Virus record (IMG/VR): IMGVR_UViG_3300021356_000015
Location: 2,624 to 66,623 of that record
Length of the DNA: 64,000 nucleotides
Source: a virus
Strand: one strand, 5' to 3'
Below the pieces are notes generated by a model, which worked only from the letters and a program-made list of their open reading frames with translations, was not told the origin of the DNA and searched no databases. Both the position numbers and the translations under genes were made by a program. Below are positions 1 to 8,226 of the stretch, one piece after another; the stretch's first letter is position 1, and each line of letters begins with the position of its first letter.

Positions 1-263
1 GGATCAATTACATGAACCATCATACCCAACGATCTTCTACCCGTTGTTTTACCTTCATCTCCTGAACTTGTAAATCCTTCATGAGCAGCTATTACTCCTT
101 CATCATAAATTGGTATAGCATCTCTATCATCTAGGGTAGTTACAGTTTGATAACCGCCCTTTAAATATTGTGCTAGTAGGAGACCCTCAAAAGAAGAATT
201 ATTTTGATCAGGGGATAGCCACGTGTTAAATGCTATGTTAGAAATTGGATTATTAGTTGGCAT
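1..263 (-). CDS. Partial putative virion/tail protein (runs off window start)
   Basis: Read manually: ATG at 263 gives MPTNNPISNIAFNTWLSPDQ...LRGGYQTVTTLDDRDAIP...RRSLGMMVHVID, open to position 1; follows other late structural-like genes. Confidence 0.6.
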   Translation of the reverse strand, partial: MPTNNPISNIAFNTWLSPDQNNSSFEGLLLAQYLKGGYQTVTTLDDRDAIPIYDEGVIAAHEGFTSSGDEGKTTGRRSLGMMVHVID

Positions 264-278
264 GTCTTGATTATTTTT

Positions 279-1577
279 TTAAGAAATTACACAGTTATAT
301 GATACTGTACCTCCGACTCCGTTTGCACCGGTGTTATAGATCCACCAGTCAGCTCCGTTCCAACTAAATGCCTTTCTAGAAGCAAAGGCTACGGCTACAC
401 CGTTATTCACGTCTGCAAAGGCCTGAACTGAAGTTAAATCAGTAGCTATATTTTGATTAACTATCATATAAAAACGCGCAGACTCACCATTAGACGTTGC
501 CGGGAAATTAATAGTTCCATCTGGTATTTGAGTAGAATTTATAGCTGTAATATTAGGAATTTCAACTAGATCAGGTACATATTGTGAACCTTGATTATCA
601 AAGATATAGCCCATTGCATTTGTCAAAGCATTCGCAGTGCTATCTGTATCAAATGCTGCATTTACATAATATGTTGTAGCTGTTGTTATATCACTCACAT
701 ATGGTAATTCAACACTGGATACACTTCCGCCGTGTAGTAAGTAGATAGAATCATTAGTTCCACCACCTGAAGTAGCTGTACCAGTAGCTGAACAATTTAA
801 GACAGTTCCAGCGTTATCATAACTAGCCGGAGCTGTTATTTCAACCGAGTAAGTTGTAGTGCCGTTAACATATTGAGCTGGCGTAATAGCTCCTACTATA
901 CCGACAGTTGACGTTGCTGTTACATTTTGACCAACTGTTCCGTTTGGAATAGTAATGGTTGTATCGCTACAGCTAAAGTCATTACCGCCGCCAACGAGGC
1001 CAATCGAGTCATCTTGACAAGTATCTAACGTGGCTACGCCAGCACCTATGAATCCATTAGGTATTAAGATTGAAGCAGTGTATGTCGTTGCTCCAGCTTG
1101 AATCGTAGAAGGCGAAACAGACTGTAAAGTACCTTGTGAAACAGATGCAAAGTTAATAGAAGGTTGATCTATTTGACCAGTAGTCGTAGCTTGCATGGTA
1201 AACCCTGCATCAGTACACGTGAACTCTGGATCACCTCCACCTCCGTCTGTGTAATCGTCTACGGTTCCTGTACCATCAACTACACCACATGATGGATCAT
1301 TGACAGAACTGACTTCTACCTTATAAGTACCAGCGGGTAAACCCTGAGTACCATCTGTATTTTGATTTGGATCTTCATCTTGGTTTCCGAAGACATAGGT
1401 TAATGCAGTTGTTGAAGGACTAGGGTTTGACCAAGAATTATCAAAATTGGTAATAGTATTTGTGTCAAATTGTACCCAACTGCCGTTTACATCTACAAAG
1501 AGCGTGTATATGTACGGTCCCGAAGTATTTCCAGCCTGAACATTAGCTCTTACGCTTCCATTATTATAACTAGGCAT
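279..1577 (-). CDS. Putative virion structural/fibre protein (T/G/S/N-rich, beta-sandwich-like repeats)
   Basis: 432 aa ORF with two similar F[TS]C[TS]D modules separated by GGG linkers; late-type promoter at 1601-1608. Confidence 0.55.
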   Translation of the reverse strand: MPSYNNGSVRANVQAGNTSGPYIYTLFVDVNGSWVQFDTNTITNFDNSWSNPSPSTTALTYVFGNQDEDPNQNTDGTQGLPAGTYKVEVSSVNDPSCGVVDGTGTVDDYTDGGGGDPEFTCTDAGFTMQATTTGQIDQPSINFASVSQGTLQSVSPSTIQAGATTYTASILIPNGFIGAGVATLDTCQDDSIGLVGGGNDFSCSDTTITIPNGTVGQNVTATSTVGIVGAITPAQYVNGTTTYSVEITAPASYDNAGTVLNCSATGTATSGGGTNDSIYLLHGGSVSSVELPYVSDITTATTYYVNAAFDTDSTANALTNAMGYIFDNQGSQYVPDLVEIPNITAINSTQIPDGTINFPATSNGESARFYMIVNQNIATDLTSVQAFADVNNGVAVAFASRKAFSWNGADWWIYNTGANGVGGTVSYNCVIS

Positions 1578-1617
1578 TCTATATTGCTTTTATGTTTTTT
1601 TATATATCTTATTGATT

Positions 1618-3099
1618 TTACGCATTTACTGTAACCCTTTCTATATCTGTGCACTGATTATTAGATTCTTCCACTCTTATCCAAATATCTCCGCTTGAGT
1701 ATCCGGATAGAAGGAATGTTCCGTCTTGGTTTATTGTAACATCTTCTGCATCTGTAAATATGGTAGAAGGGTCAGAAGGATCTGTAGTTGAATACTGGAA
1801 CGTTAAATCTCCCCATGTTCCTTCAGGTAAAGTAACATAAATTCCAGTTTGGTTAGAGCTTAGTGAAATTTGAAAATCTTGGCATATTGACGGAGGAGGT
1901 AATTGAGAAGTACCACCAACTTCAGCTGTAGAAATATTTACACCGAATCCAACACATGCATCGGGCTCTCCTCCTGATTCAGTAGTACTCAATGTTACTC
2001 CAAAGTTACCGCAATCTAAAGTTTCTCCACCTGATGCTGTTGTACTTAACGTTACTCCAAAGTTACCGCAATCTAAAGTTTCTCCACCCGATGCTGTTGT
2101 AGTAACATTTACTGTAAATCCTTCACATGGATTTGGTTCAGAAGGTATGTCTATGACTACAAACTCTGCACAGAAAACATCTGCTGCTGAATCAACAACA
2201 TACACTGTGTACTCTCCGGCCTCTAAATTTTCAAATCTAAATGTAGGACCATTAGCCGTTTGAGGAGTAGGCGCTTTAACATCTCCATTAAATGTAAATA
2301 CAAGTTGAGAAGAGTCAGTCCAAGATCCGGAAAGAGTTAATTCAACCCAACCGTCTGAAGATCCAAATTCTATAGGTTGTGAAACGTTTGCTAGAACAAG
2401 ATCTTCAAGTTCACACGGAATAGGATCTCCTTCTCCTCCAGAATCAGAAGTTACTAGAGAAACTGAGAATCCTTCACATGGATTAAACTGCTCTGTAATA
2501 TTAGCAACTAATGTTAAGTCACAAACATAATCATTAACACCGCTATCGATTACATAAATTTGATATGTTCCTTGACCATATCCATTAAATACATATCTAC
2601 CTGCATTATCGATACTATCCCAAGTAACCGGAGTATTGTTAATGTAAAACTGAGGTACACCTTGTAAACCAAATAGCGATACAAGTATGCTTACGTCGTT
2701 TTGACCAGGCGAAGCTTGTCCGCTAACACTAACAAAACCACTTATATTACAAGCCTCTCCAGAAGTTGTATCTCCACAGCACGATGGAATCCAAATAAGT
2801 TCATTGTCACTAAAGTAACCATCTGCAGTATATCTAGCGTAATCTTCTGACTGTGGTGTAATTCTGTGTAAAACTAAAGACTTATCCACGTCTGCATCAG
2901 AAAGACTGGTATCAGCATTAGAACCAAATATCTTATATCCTCCCAAGGTCTGCTCCATATAGAGCATATTGTAGTCCATCTCCTCATGAGTTAGTGGACG
3001 ACCTAAAGTATGTGGTTGCAAAGAGTAGAACTTTCCTGTTGGATTGTCCCTGTGTAAACCGTGACTAAAATTATATTCTTCTATCCTTTTAATGTCCAT
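1618..3099 (-). CDS. Putative virion fibre/adhesin with SprB-like Ig repeats
   Basis: 493 aa; SprB-like motifs FENLEAGEYTVYVVDS and FNGYGQGTYQIYVIDS, plus short Cys-containing repeats; late promoter at 3127-3134. Confidence 0.55.
   Translation of the reverse strand: MDIKRIEEYNFSHGLHRDNPTGKFYSLQPHTLGRPLTHEEMDYNMLYMEQTLGGYKIFGSNADTSLSDADVDKSLVLHRITPQSEDYARYTADGYFSDNELIWIPSCCGDTTSGEACNISGFVSVSGQASPGQNDVSILVSLFGLQGVPQFYINNTPVTWDSIDNAGRYVFNGYGQGTYQIYVIDSGVNDYVCDLTLVANITEQFNPCEGFSVSLVTSDSGGEGDPIPCELEDLVLANVSQPIEFGSSDGWVELTLSGSWTDSSQLVFTFNGDVKAPTPQTANGPTFRFENLEAGEYTVYVVDSAADVFCAEFVVIDIPSEPNPCEGFTVNVTTTASGGETLDCGNFGVTLSTTASGGETLDCGNFGVTLSTTESGGEPDACVGFGVNISTAEVGGTSQLPPPSICQDFQISLSSNQTGIYVTLPEGTWGDLTFQYSTTDPSDPSTIFTDAEDVTINQDGTFLLSGYSSGDIWIRVEESNNQCTDIERVTVNA
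1981..2100 (-). repeat. 57-bp in-frame tandem repeat (GGETLDCGNFGVTLSTT[AE]S)
   Basis: gttactccaaagttaccgcaatctaaagtttctccacc occurs at 1994 and 2051; degenerate protein-level copies flank it. Confidence 0.9.
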
Positions 3100-3138
3100 G
3101 CCTGGATTGCGTGTTTTTCATCTCTTTATATATTCTCC

Positions 3139-3702
3139 TCACCCGCATGGATTTTTAGTTACTCTTGGCATATCAGCTCTTCTAGCATTGGCCATATAAA
3201 GTTCTATTAGATTAGCGTATTGTATGTTCTTAATTATCTCAATATATTCACATGGATCAGTATAAAGCTCTGGATCTTGAATATATGGGAAACAAACGTA
3301 GGATTCAAATAAACCCTTCATATAAACATTCTGCCTAAATAGATCTTTAAGAGCTTTTACACTTAAACCGTTTAATCTTGAACCTTTTCCAGATTCAAAT
3401 TCTCTTCTTAAATTGTTAATGAACATTGAAGTATCTTCTATGTCCTTAACTTTAAAGTTTAATAGCTCGAAAAAACCTTCGTTGCATGTTAAACAACCAC
3501 AATAGTTTTCACTTTTAGCAACAAATGGATAATTTTTATCTATGTAATCTTTAAGTTCTCTTGGGCTATTAAATCTGGGTAAAGTCTTAGTTCCGTATTT
3601 TGAGATGCGGTGAAGTAAGATAGATGAAACTCTATCGTCATTGTCATCTATTGTCTGTAAAGTATCATAGATGCCTAAGAGAGTCAATCTATCAAATATC
3701 AT
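3139..3702 (-). CDS. Hypothetical protein
   Basis: 187 aa ORF abutting the upstream gene; no recognised motif. Confidence 0.6.
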   Translation of the reverse strand: MIFDRLTLLGIYDTLQTIDDNDDRVSSILLHRISKYGTKTLPRFNSPRELKDYIDKNYPFVAKSENYCGCLTCNEGFFELLNFKVKDIEDTSMFINNLRREFESGKGSRLNGLSVKALKDLFRQNVYMKGLFESYVCFPYIQDPELYTDPCEYIEIIKNIQYANLIELYMANARRADMPRVTKNPCG

Positions 3703-4098
3703 TTATCCATTTATAATTTCGGTTAAAAGCCAAGTTAATATTGCACCTAAAGAGGTAATGATTGCTAAACCTACTCTTGTAAAGTTAGATTTCCATCTAA
3801 CAAGAGCCTTATGTTCTTCGAGTATCTCATCATACTGCTCTTCTTTATCCTCATGATCCTTTCTATAATCCGTATTCTTTTGAATTTGTACAAAAGCTCC
3901 ATCAAATGGATTTAATAGCATCTTTTTAAGCTCAGACATATCTTCTTTAATCTCCTTTTGATTCTCTGTTAATTGATCAATAGAAGAACTCATTTGTAGA
4001 TAAGTAGGATCCTCTAATTTTTGTCTTAAATTAGCAAAAGCCGCTATAAGCTCTTGTACCAGATCCTCGTTAGATTTCTTCTGGTCTTCGCTCATCAA
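3703..4098 (-). CDS. Coiled-coil protein with C-terminal transmembrane helix
   Basis: Heptad-rich body; hydrophobic C-terminus VGLAIITSLGAILTWLL. Confidence 0.6.
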   Translation of the reverse strand: MMSEDQKKSNEDLVQELIAAFANLRQKLEDPTYLQMSSSIDQLTENQKEIKEDMSELKKMLLNPFDGAFVQIQKNTDYRKDHEDKEEQYDEILEEHKALVRWKSNFTRVGLAIITSLGAILTWLLTEIING

Positions 4099-4823
4099 AG
4101 CTTGCTATTTTTTTGAGAGTTAATCCAATCAATACCTATTCTATTTTGAACAGGTCTTCCTAGCTTACGCATTATAGACTTTTCAACTGCATCGATTAAG
4201 TCAGCGTTATCATAGCTAGAATTATCAATTATCATCATATCGTTTTTACCAAAAAGCTTTTGGAATCTACCCATATTGTCTTGGACTTGTTGCCATAGAT
4301 TTTTAACCAAATCGTCTGGCAGCTTTCTAGCTCTGTTACGATTTCTTTCCATAGCAACATCAAGTGAAGTATTTACATAGACCATGTACGCGTCGTATCC
4401 TAAATCCTCATAAAGCTTCTTTAAACTTTCAATCTTGCCGTAATCTTTTCCTGTGCCATCGACAACTTGACCAAGTCTGCCAGCAATATAGTTATTTTGT
4501 TGAGTTTTAGTGATGCTCTTAGCTCTGTCTCTAATTTGCATAACTTTATCCCATTCTTGCTTATTCTTAGCATACTTTGCTAAATCACCAATGTGATAGC
4601 CTGCTTTCTTAAGCATGGTCTCAAATGCATTGTCATTGTTGACAAGCTTTAATCCTGTCGAATAAGACACTGATCCCATTTCACCTTTAGGGAATCCAAA
4701 TAGTTCTCCAGCTATGAAAGATTTGCCAGATCCTGGTCCTCCAGCCATAAAAAAGACTTTTAAGATACCTGGGTCGTTGACACCTTCATTCATAAACTGC
4801 TCTAGAGTCAATAAATGTTTCAT
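4095..4823 (-). CDS. Zeta-toxin/AAA_33-like P-loop kinase with capsid-targeting-like N-terminus
   Basis: FMAGGPGSGKS Walker A, VVDGTG, YVNTSLDVAMERNRNRAR; N-terminus MKHLLTLEQFMNE. Confidence 0.75.
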   Translation of the reverse strand: MKHLLTLEQFMNEGVNDPGILKVFFMAGGPGSGKSFIAGELFGFPKGEMGSVSYSTGLKLVNNDNAFETMLKKAGYHIGDLAKYAKNKQEWDKVMQIRDRAKSITKTQQNNYIAGRLGQVVDGTGKDYGKIESLKKLYEDLGYDAYMVYVNTSLDVAMERNRNRARKLPDDLVKNLWQQVQDNMGRFQKLFGKNDMMIIDNSSYDNADLIDAVEKSIMRKLGRPVQNRIGIDWINSQKNSKL

Positions 4824-4857
4824 ATTTAAACGCGTTTGTTTACAATATATATCAAAC

Positions 4858-4883
4858 TAAAAAGGACCCAATGGGTCCTTTTA
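4858..4883. terminator. Bidirectional intrinsic terminator-like hairpin
   Basis: aaaaggaccca-a-tgggtcctttt inverted repeat flanked by A/T tracts. Confidence 0.7.
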
Positions 4884-4914
4884 TGTCAATCTTCGTATTC
4901 TCCGCTCCAATAAT

Positions 4915-5022
4915 TCATGATGTTAAAATTAAAATCATTAAAGTAACTAAAAAGCCTATAAATCCAAAAGCGACGGCCTTTTCTGAAAAATCAGTTTGCT
5001 CTTTTCTACGACCTTGATTCAT
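4915..5022 (-). CDS. Small membrane peptide (35 aa)
   Basis: MNQGRRKEQTDFSEKAVAFGFIGFLVTLMILILTS; ATGA overlap with the upstream stop. Confidence 0.5.
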   Translation of the reverse strand: MNQGRRKEQTDFSEKAVAFGFIGFLVTLMILILTS

Positions 5023-5606
5023 CGTTCAGTGCTAAAAAAGAAAACTTGAAAAAGACGGCCATCGTTAATGTCTTGTCCAAAGTAGTCAAGTGAAGTGTGG
5101 AACAAATCTCCACGATACATGATAAGTTTGTTGAACTTGTTACCGATGAAATCTACCATCTCCCACTTAGTCATGTCTTGAGAGTCCTTGTAGATAATCT
5201 TCATCATATCTTCATCATAAGTTCCGTCTGGATTTCTTGGAGCTCTATCCAATCCAGTTGGTTTATGCTTAAATAAACCAGTGCCTCCTGTAACTGGAGC
5301 ATCTGGAGTCAAGTAAAGAACTCCAGCCCAATTATTGTGTTGATCTGCATGGACCCAGCTACGATCTCTAGAGGTAGTATATTGGAAAGAACCAGTATAA
5401 GTATCAGGCCAGTAAGTAATTTTGCCCGCTAGCGGTTCAATAGCTTGTTGAATTAGCTTATAGGCGCTGCCTCCTTTTTTAGCTACACTTTTTGTTCTTT
5501 TACCGGGATAATTTCCCTGAACTTCAAAATCCAAACCAAGAGCCATATTTCTGGTCTCCATAGGATCGTTGTAAAATTCGTCGATTACTAGTGAATTAAG
5601 TCTCAT
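5019..5606 (-). CDS. 2OG-Fe(II) oxygenase-like protein (DUF6445-like)
   Basis: NYPGKRT, HxD (WVHAD), AGVLYL, GT.LF, distal H (LFHTS) and RLFQVFF. Confidence 0.75.
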   Translation of the reverse strand: MRLNSLVIDEFYNDPMETRNMALGLDFEVQGNYPGKRTKSVAKKGGSAYKLIQQAIEPLAGKITYWPDTYTGSFQYTTSRDRSWVHADQHNNWAGVLYLTPDAPVTGGTGLFKHKPTGLDRAPRNPDGTYDEDMMKIIYKDSQDMTKWEMVDFIGNKFNKLIMYRGDLFHTSLDYFGQDINDGRLFQVFFFSTER

Positions 5607-5627
5607 TATTTAGATATGTTTAATTAA

Positions 5628-5772
5628 AACCTAAGACTTAGCGGGAATCTTTTTGTAGTGCCTTTCACAGCGTTGTTCTACAAAACCTACCCACTTTGAT
5701 AGTTTATCTGAGAAGCCGGCGTTTCCTTTCAATCTTAGGCGCTACTAAGCGACGTATCGCCTTTCGCGTTGC
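5628..5772 (-). ncRNA. Unidentified multi-stem structured RNA / long 5' leader
   Basis: Nested pairings CCTAAGAT/GTCTTAGG, AGTGGG/CCCGCT, TTTTGTAG/CTACAAAA and GCGA-TACG-TCGC; no ORF; directly downstream of an AAAC-N17-TATAA promoter. Confidence 0.5.
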
Positions 5773-5777
5773 TCTAC

Positions 5778-5804
5778 TTATATAACCTAAGATTTAAAAG
5801 TTTC
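5778..5804 (-). promoter_or_regulatory. Putative middle (ECF-type) promoter
   Basis: GAAAC-N17-TATAA. Confidence 0.7.
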
Positions 5805-6036
5805 AGTCTTCTATGCAAATAATTCCGCTATGTGTATCAACTATAGAGGAATCTTGAGTAGCAACTTCCAATACTGATTCGGAGTGAGCTGCACACTTAA
5901 TGCCAGAAGAAGAGTTAGATTCTTTCATGTCAGCAAATGCCTTAGCCTCTTGAATCATAGATTCACTAGGAGCACTGCAAGTTGTGCAAACCACACAAAA
6001 GAAAGCCGAAGCCGATAGTAAAGTTATCTTATTCAT
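5803..6036 (-). CDS. Small putative lipoprotein/secreted protein
   Basis: Hydrophobic N-terminus ending in Cys (MNKITLLSASAFFCVVCTTCS). Confidence 0.5.
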   Translation of the reverse strand: MNKITLLSASAFFCVVCTTCSAPSESMIQEAKAFADMKESNSSSGIKCAAHSESVLEVATQDSSIVDTHSGIICIED

Positions 6037-6037
6037 C

Positions 6038-6403
6038 TTACTGTTGCTTGTTTTTAAATTCTATCCACTCTTCAAGATTATCTGAGTTTCCAGTTGGCTC
6101 ATATACATTCACCTTAATGACTGTATCTTGTTGCTGGTTATATTTATCTTCGATCGACACTAAATCTACCGAAATTGCGATTTCTTTACCATGGACCTCT
6201 AAAATTAGATATTCTCCATTTACTGACATGCCAACATAATGAGCTACACTATCAGGTAAAGCTTCAGCTGTTTCTGGTTGATAAGGATTAGTTCCGTTAA
6301 AATAGCGAGGACTCCTTATCATAACCTGATTCTTACATGCGTAGAAACCAAATATGACGCTAAAGAAAGCTACCGCAGCTATCAATCTCTTAATTGCTTC
6401 CAT
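6038..6403 (-). CDS. Putative lipoprotein
   Basis: Signal peptide with lipobox-like FYAC followed by KNQ. Confidence 0.6.
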   Translation of the reverse strand: MEAIKRLIAAVAFFSVIFGFYACKNQVMIRSPRYFNGTNPYQPETAEALPDSVAHYVGMSVNGEYLILEVHGKEIAISVDLVSIEDKYNQQQDTVIKVNVYEPTGNSDNLEEWIEFKNKQQ

Positions 6404-7613
6404 TTACGTATATTTTAGTTACAGATCGAGTACCGTTGTGATACTCAATGCTTAACATATATATTCCGGAAATCATAGGTAAGTTTTCATTGACTTGCTT
6501 ACCGTGAATATCATAGTAAACGTAATTTTTAACTTGTTCGTTTTGAGTTAACTCTTGAACATTAACAATAGGAGATCCAAAACAATCATAACCTGGATCA
6601 GCATATTCACAGCTACCGTCATCGTAAATTGCATCTTGATCGTAGTTACACGCTTCTGAATCTATACATCCTGTTTCAGTACCGTCGCAAAAATCATTGT
6701 CAATGTGCTGTTGTCTAAATGCCTCCATTCTTTCGTGCATTCTTTCAATCTGGCCTATAGTAAATCCGGTCCTACAATTTCCGCTATAGTATCCCATCAT
6801 ATTAGTTGGACTTTCACCGCATGCTGAAGAACACCCAAACCAAGGTATAGTTGGCTCAGTATCACATATGTAATCACCCTGTGTATCACAATTAGTTTCG
6901 GTTTGTGCTTCTTCGCAATTACTGTATGTGGACCACCCATTTGCAAAGGTATGCAATAATCCACACCAATGGCCTACTTCATGTGATAAAGTTGTATTTT
7001 GATTACTTGAATTTGTAATATGATCTCCAAAACCAAAACGCCCGGTTCTAATCCATATGCCAAGATTAGAAGGAGGAGTACTTGTAAATCCAGAAAAACC
7101 AGATGTCCATGGAGCAACAAATATTTCCATGTAATTACTTACACTATAACTATGTGCATTTTGAAGGCCAATATAGAAATTATTATCTGTTATATTTCCA
7201 AGTGAACCATCATATGGTTCATAATCATTTAAATCGTGATATAGTATACCGAACGATTGAGCACCAGTAAGTGTCTCGTTAGAGATACAAAAATCAATAA
7301 ATGTATCATTATCATCTTCTGTCAAGCCTGAAAAAACTTGATTTAAGTGATCGATAGCTTCAATGACTATTTCTTGAGTTAAGTGTGATCCTTCTCCATA
7401 TGCTTCACCTTCGTGAAATATATGGACGATCACTGGTATCGTTTTTTGTTCAAAGGAAGATCTGGAATATGTGATTCCAGGTAACGCTCGCATTGCGAAG
7501 GTGCTATCAGCTGATATGTCTTTAAGAATCATATGCTCATGGCCACACGGTGACTGAGACATAAGATTAAATGTAGCCAATAGAATTGTTAAGAGAAGTG
7601 TTAAACGTTTCAT
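6390..7613 (-). CDS. Secreted M43 (pappalysin/ulilysin-like) zinc metalloprotease with T9SS-type C-terminal domain
   Basis: Signal peptide MKRLTLLLTILL (start likely 7613), IPVIVHI, HEVGHWCGLLH, Met-turn NMMGY, GCIDSEACNYD repeat, C-terminal YYDIHGK...SGIYML...KIYVN. Confidence 0.8.
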   Translation of the reverse strand: MKRLTLLLTILLATFNLMSQSPCGHEHMILKDISADSTFAMRALPGITYSRSSFEQKTIPVIVHIFHEGEAYGEGSHLTQEIVIEAIDHLNQVFSGLTEDDNDTFIDFCISNETLTGAQSFGILYHDLNDYEPYDGSLGNITDNNFYIGLQNAHSYSVSNYMEIFVAPWTSGFSGFTSTPPSNLGIWIRTGRFGFGDHITNSSNQNTTLSHEVGHWCGLLHTFANGWSTYSNCEEAQTETNCDTQGDYICDTEPTIPWFGCSSACGESPTNMMGYYSGNCRTGFTIGQIERMHERMEAFRQQHIDNDFCDGTETGCIDSEACNYDQDAIYDDGSCEYADPGYDCFGSPIVNVQELTQNEQVKNYVYYDIHGKQVNENLPMISGIYMLSIEYHNGTRSVTKIYVNGSN

Positions 7614-7617
7614 GGTA

Positions 7618-7670
7618 CAATATACCATATTTATTTCAATCCTGAAAATATTTTAACACTTTTAACATTT
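7618..7670 (-). promoter_or_regulatory. Putative early (host-sigma) promoter
   Basis: TGTTAA direct repeats upstream of GGTATATTG; same layout near 10890, 11580 and 39100. Confidence 0.5.
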
Positions 7671-7671
7671 G

Positions 7672-7742
7672 AGGTTCGGGATGGACTTGCACCACCGTAA
7701 AAGGCTTTGCGAGCCTTCACCTAACTACTCGGACACCGAACC
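7672..7742 (-). tRNA. tRNA-Cys(GCA), atypical C33
   Basis: Acceptor GGTTCGG/CCGAACC, U73 discriminator, anticodon arm AAGGC-TCGCAAA-GCCTT. Confidence 0.8.
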
Positions 7743-8129
7743 GTTTTCGATCTTAGATCTATGCTTATACCACTTAACTAAGTGAGAAGCTGTGCTATAA
7801 TTTGTAGCTAATGGACAGTTATGCACATCACATACTCTCATCAACATAGAGATATCAACATCATGAGCATGTTTACCAAGAGGATCTCTAAAGAAAATAA
7901 CCAAATCGATTTCAGATCTGGTGACCATAGCTGCAATTTCAGCGTCTCCTCCCATTGGACCACTAGCAACTCTTTCTACCTTCTCAATACCGGCGTGAGC
8001 GACGTGATTACCTGTTGTTCCAGTTGCAACTATAGAGACACCTTCTGCATTAAAGAAATTAAGTCTCTTTGAAACGAAGGCGACCATATCTGCCTTCTTA
8101 TTATCATGTGCTATAAGTGCTATCTTCAT
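7725..8129 (-). CDS. mgsA: Methylglyoxal synthase
   Basis: IALIAHDNKK, ATGTTG, SGPMGGD, FFRDPL, HDVDI and LATN motifs all intact. Confidence 0.95.
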   Translation of the reverse strand: MKIALIAHDNKKADMVAFVSKRLNFFNAEGVSIVATGTTGNHVAHAGIEKVERVASGPMGGDAEIAAMVTRSEIDLVIFFRDPLGKHAHDVDISMLMRVCDVHNCPLATNYSTASHLVKWYKHRSKIENGSVSE

Positions 8130-8142
8130 AGAGGTAGTATTG

Positions 8143-8217
8143 TGGGCGATGAGGGATTCGAACCCCCGACCTCCTCGGTGTAAACGAGATGCTCTGAACC
8201 AACTGAGCTAATCGCCC
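8143..8217 (-). tRNA. tRNA-Val(TAC)
   Basis: Cloverleaf GGGCGAT..., anticodon loop TTTACAC, T loop TTCGAAT. Confidence 0.95.
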
Positions 8218-8226
8218 TCCTAAGCC

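Noticed and set aside
7614-7628. ORF-track starts MVY... for the protease and ECF genes, and MRGP... for the clamp
   Set aside because: These extensions run through promoter or terminator sequences; downstream ATGs (7613, 11546, 62574) fit better
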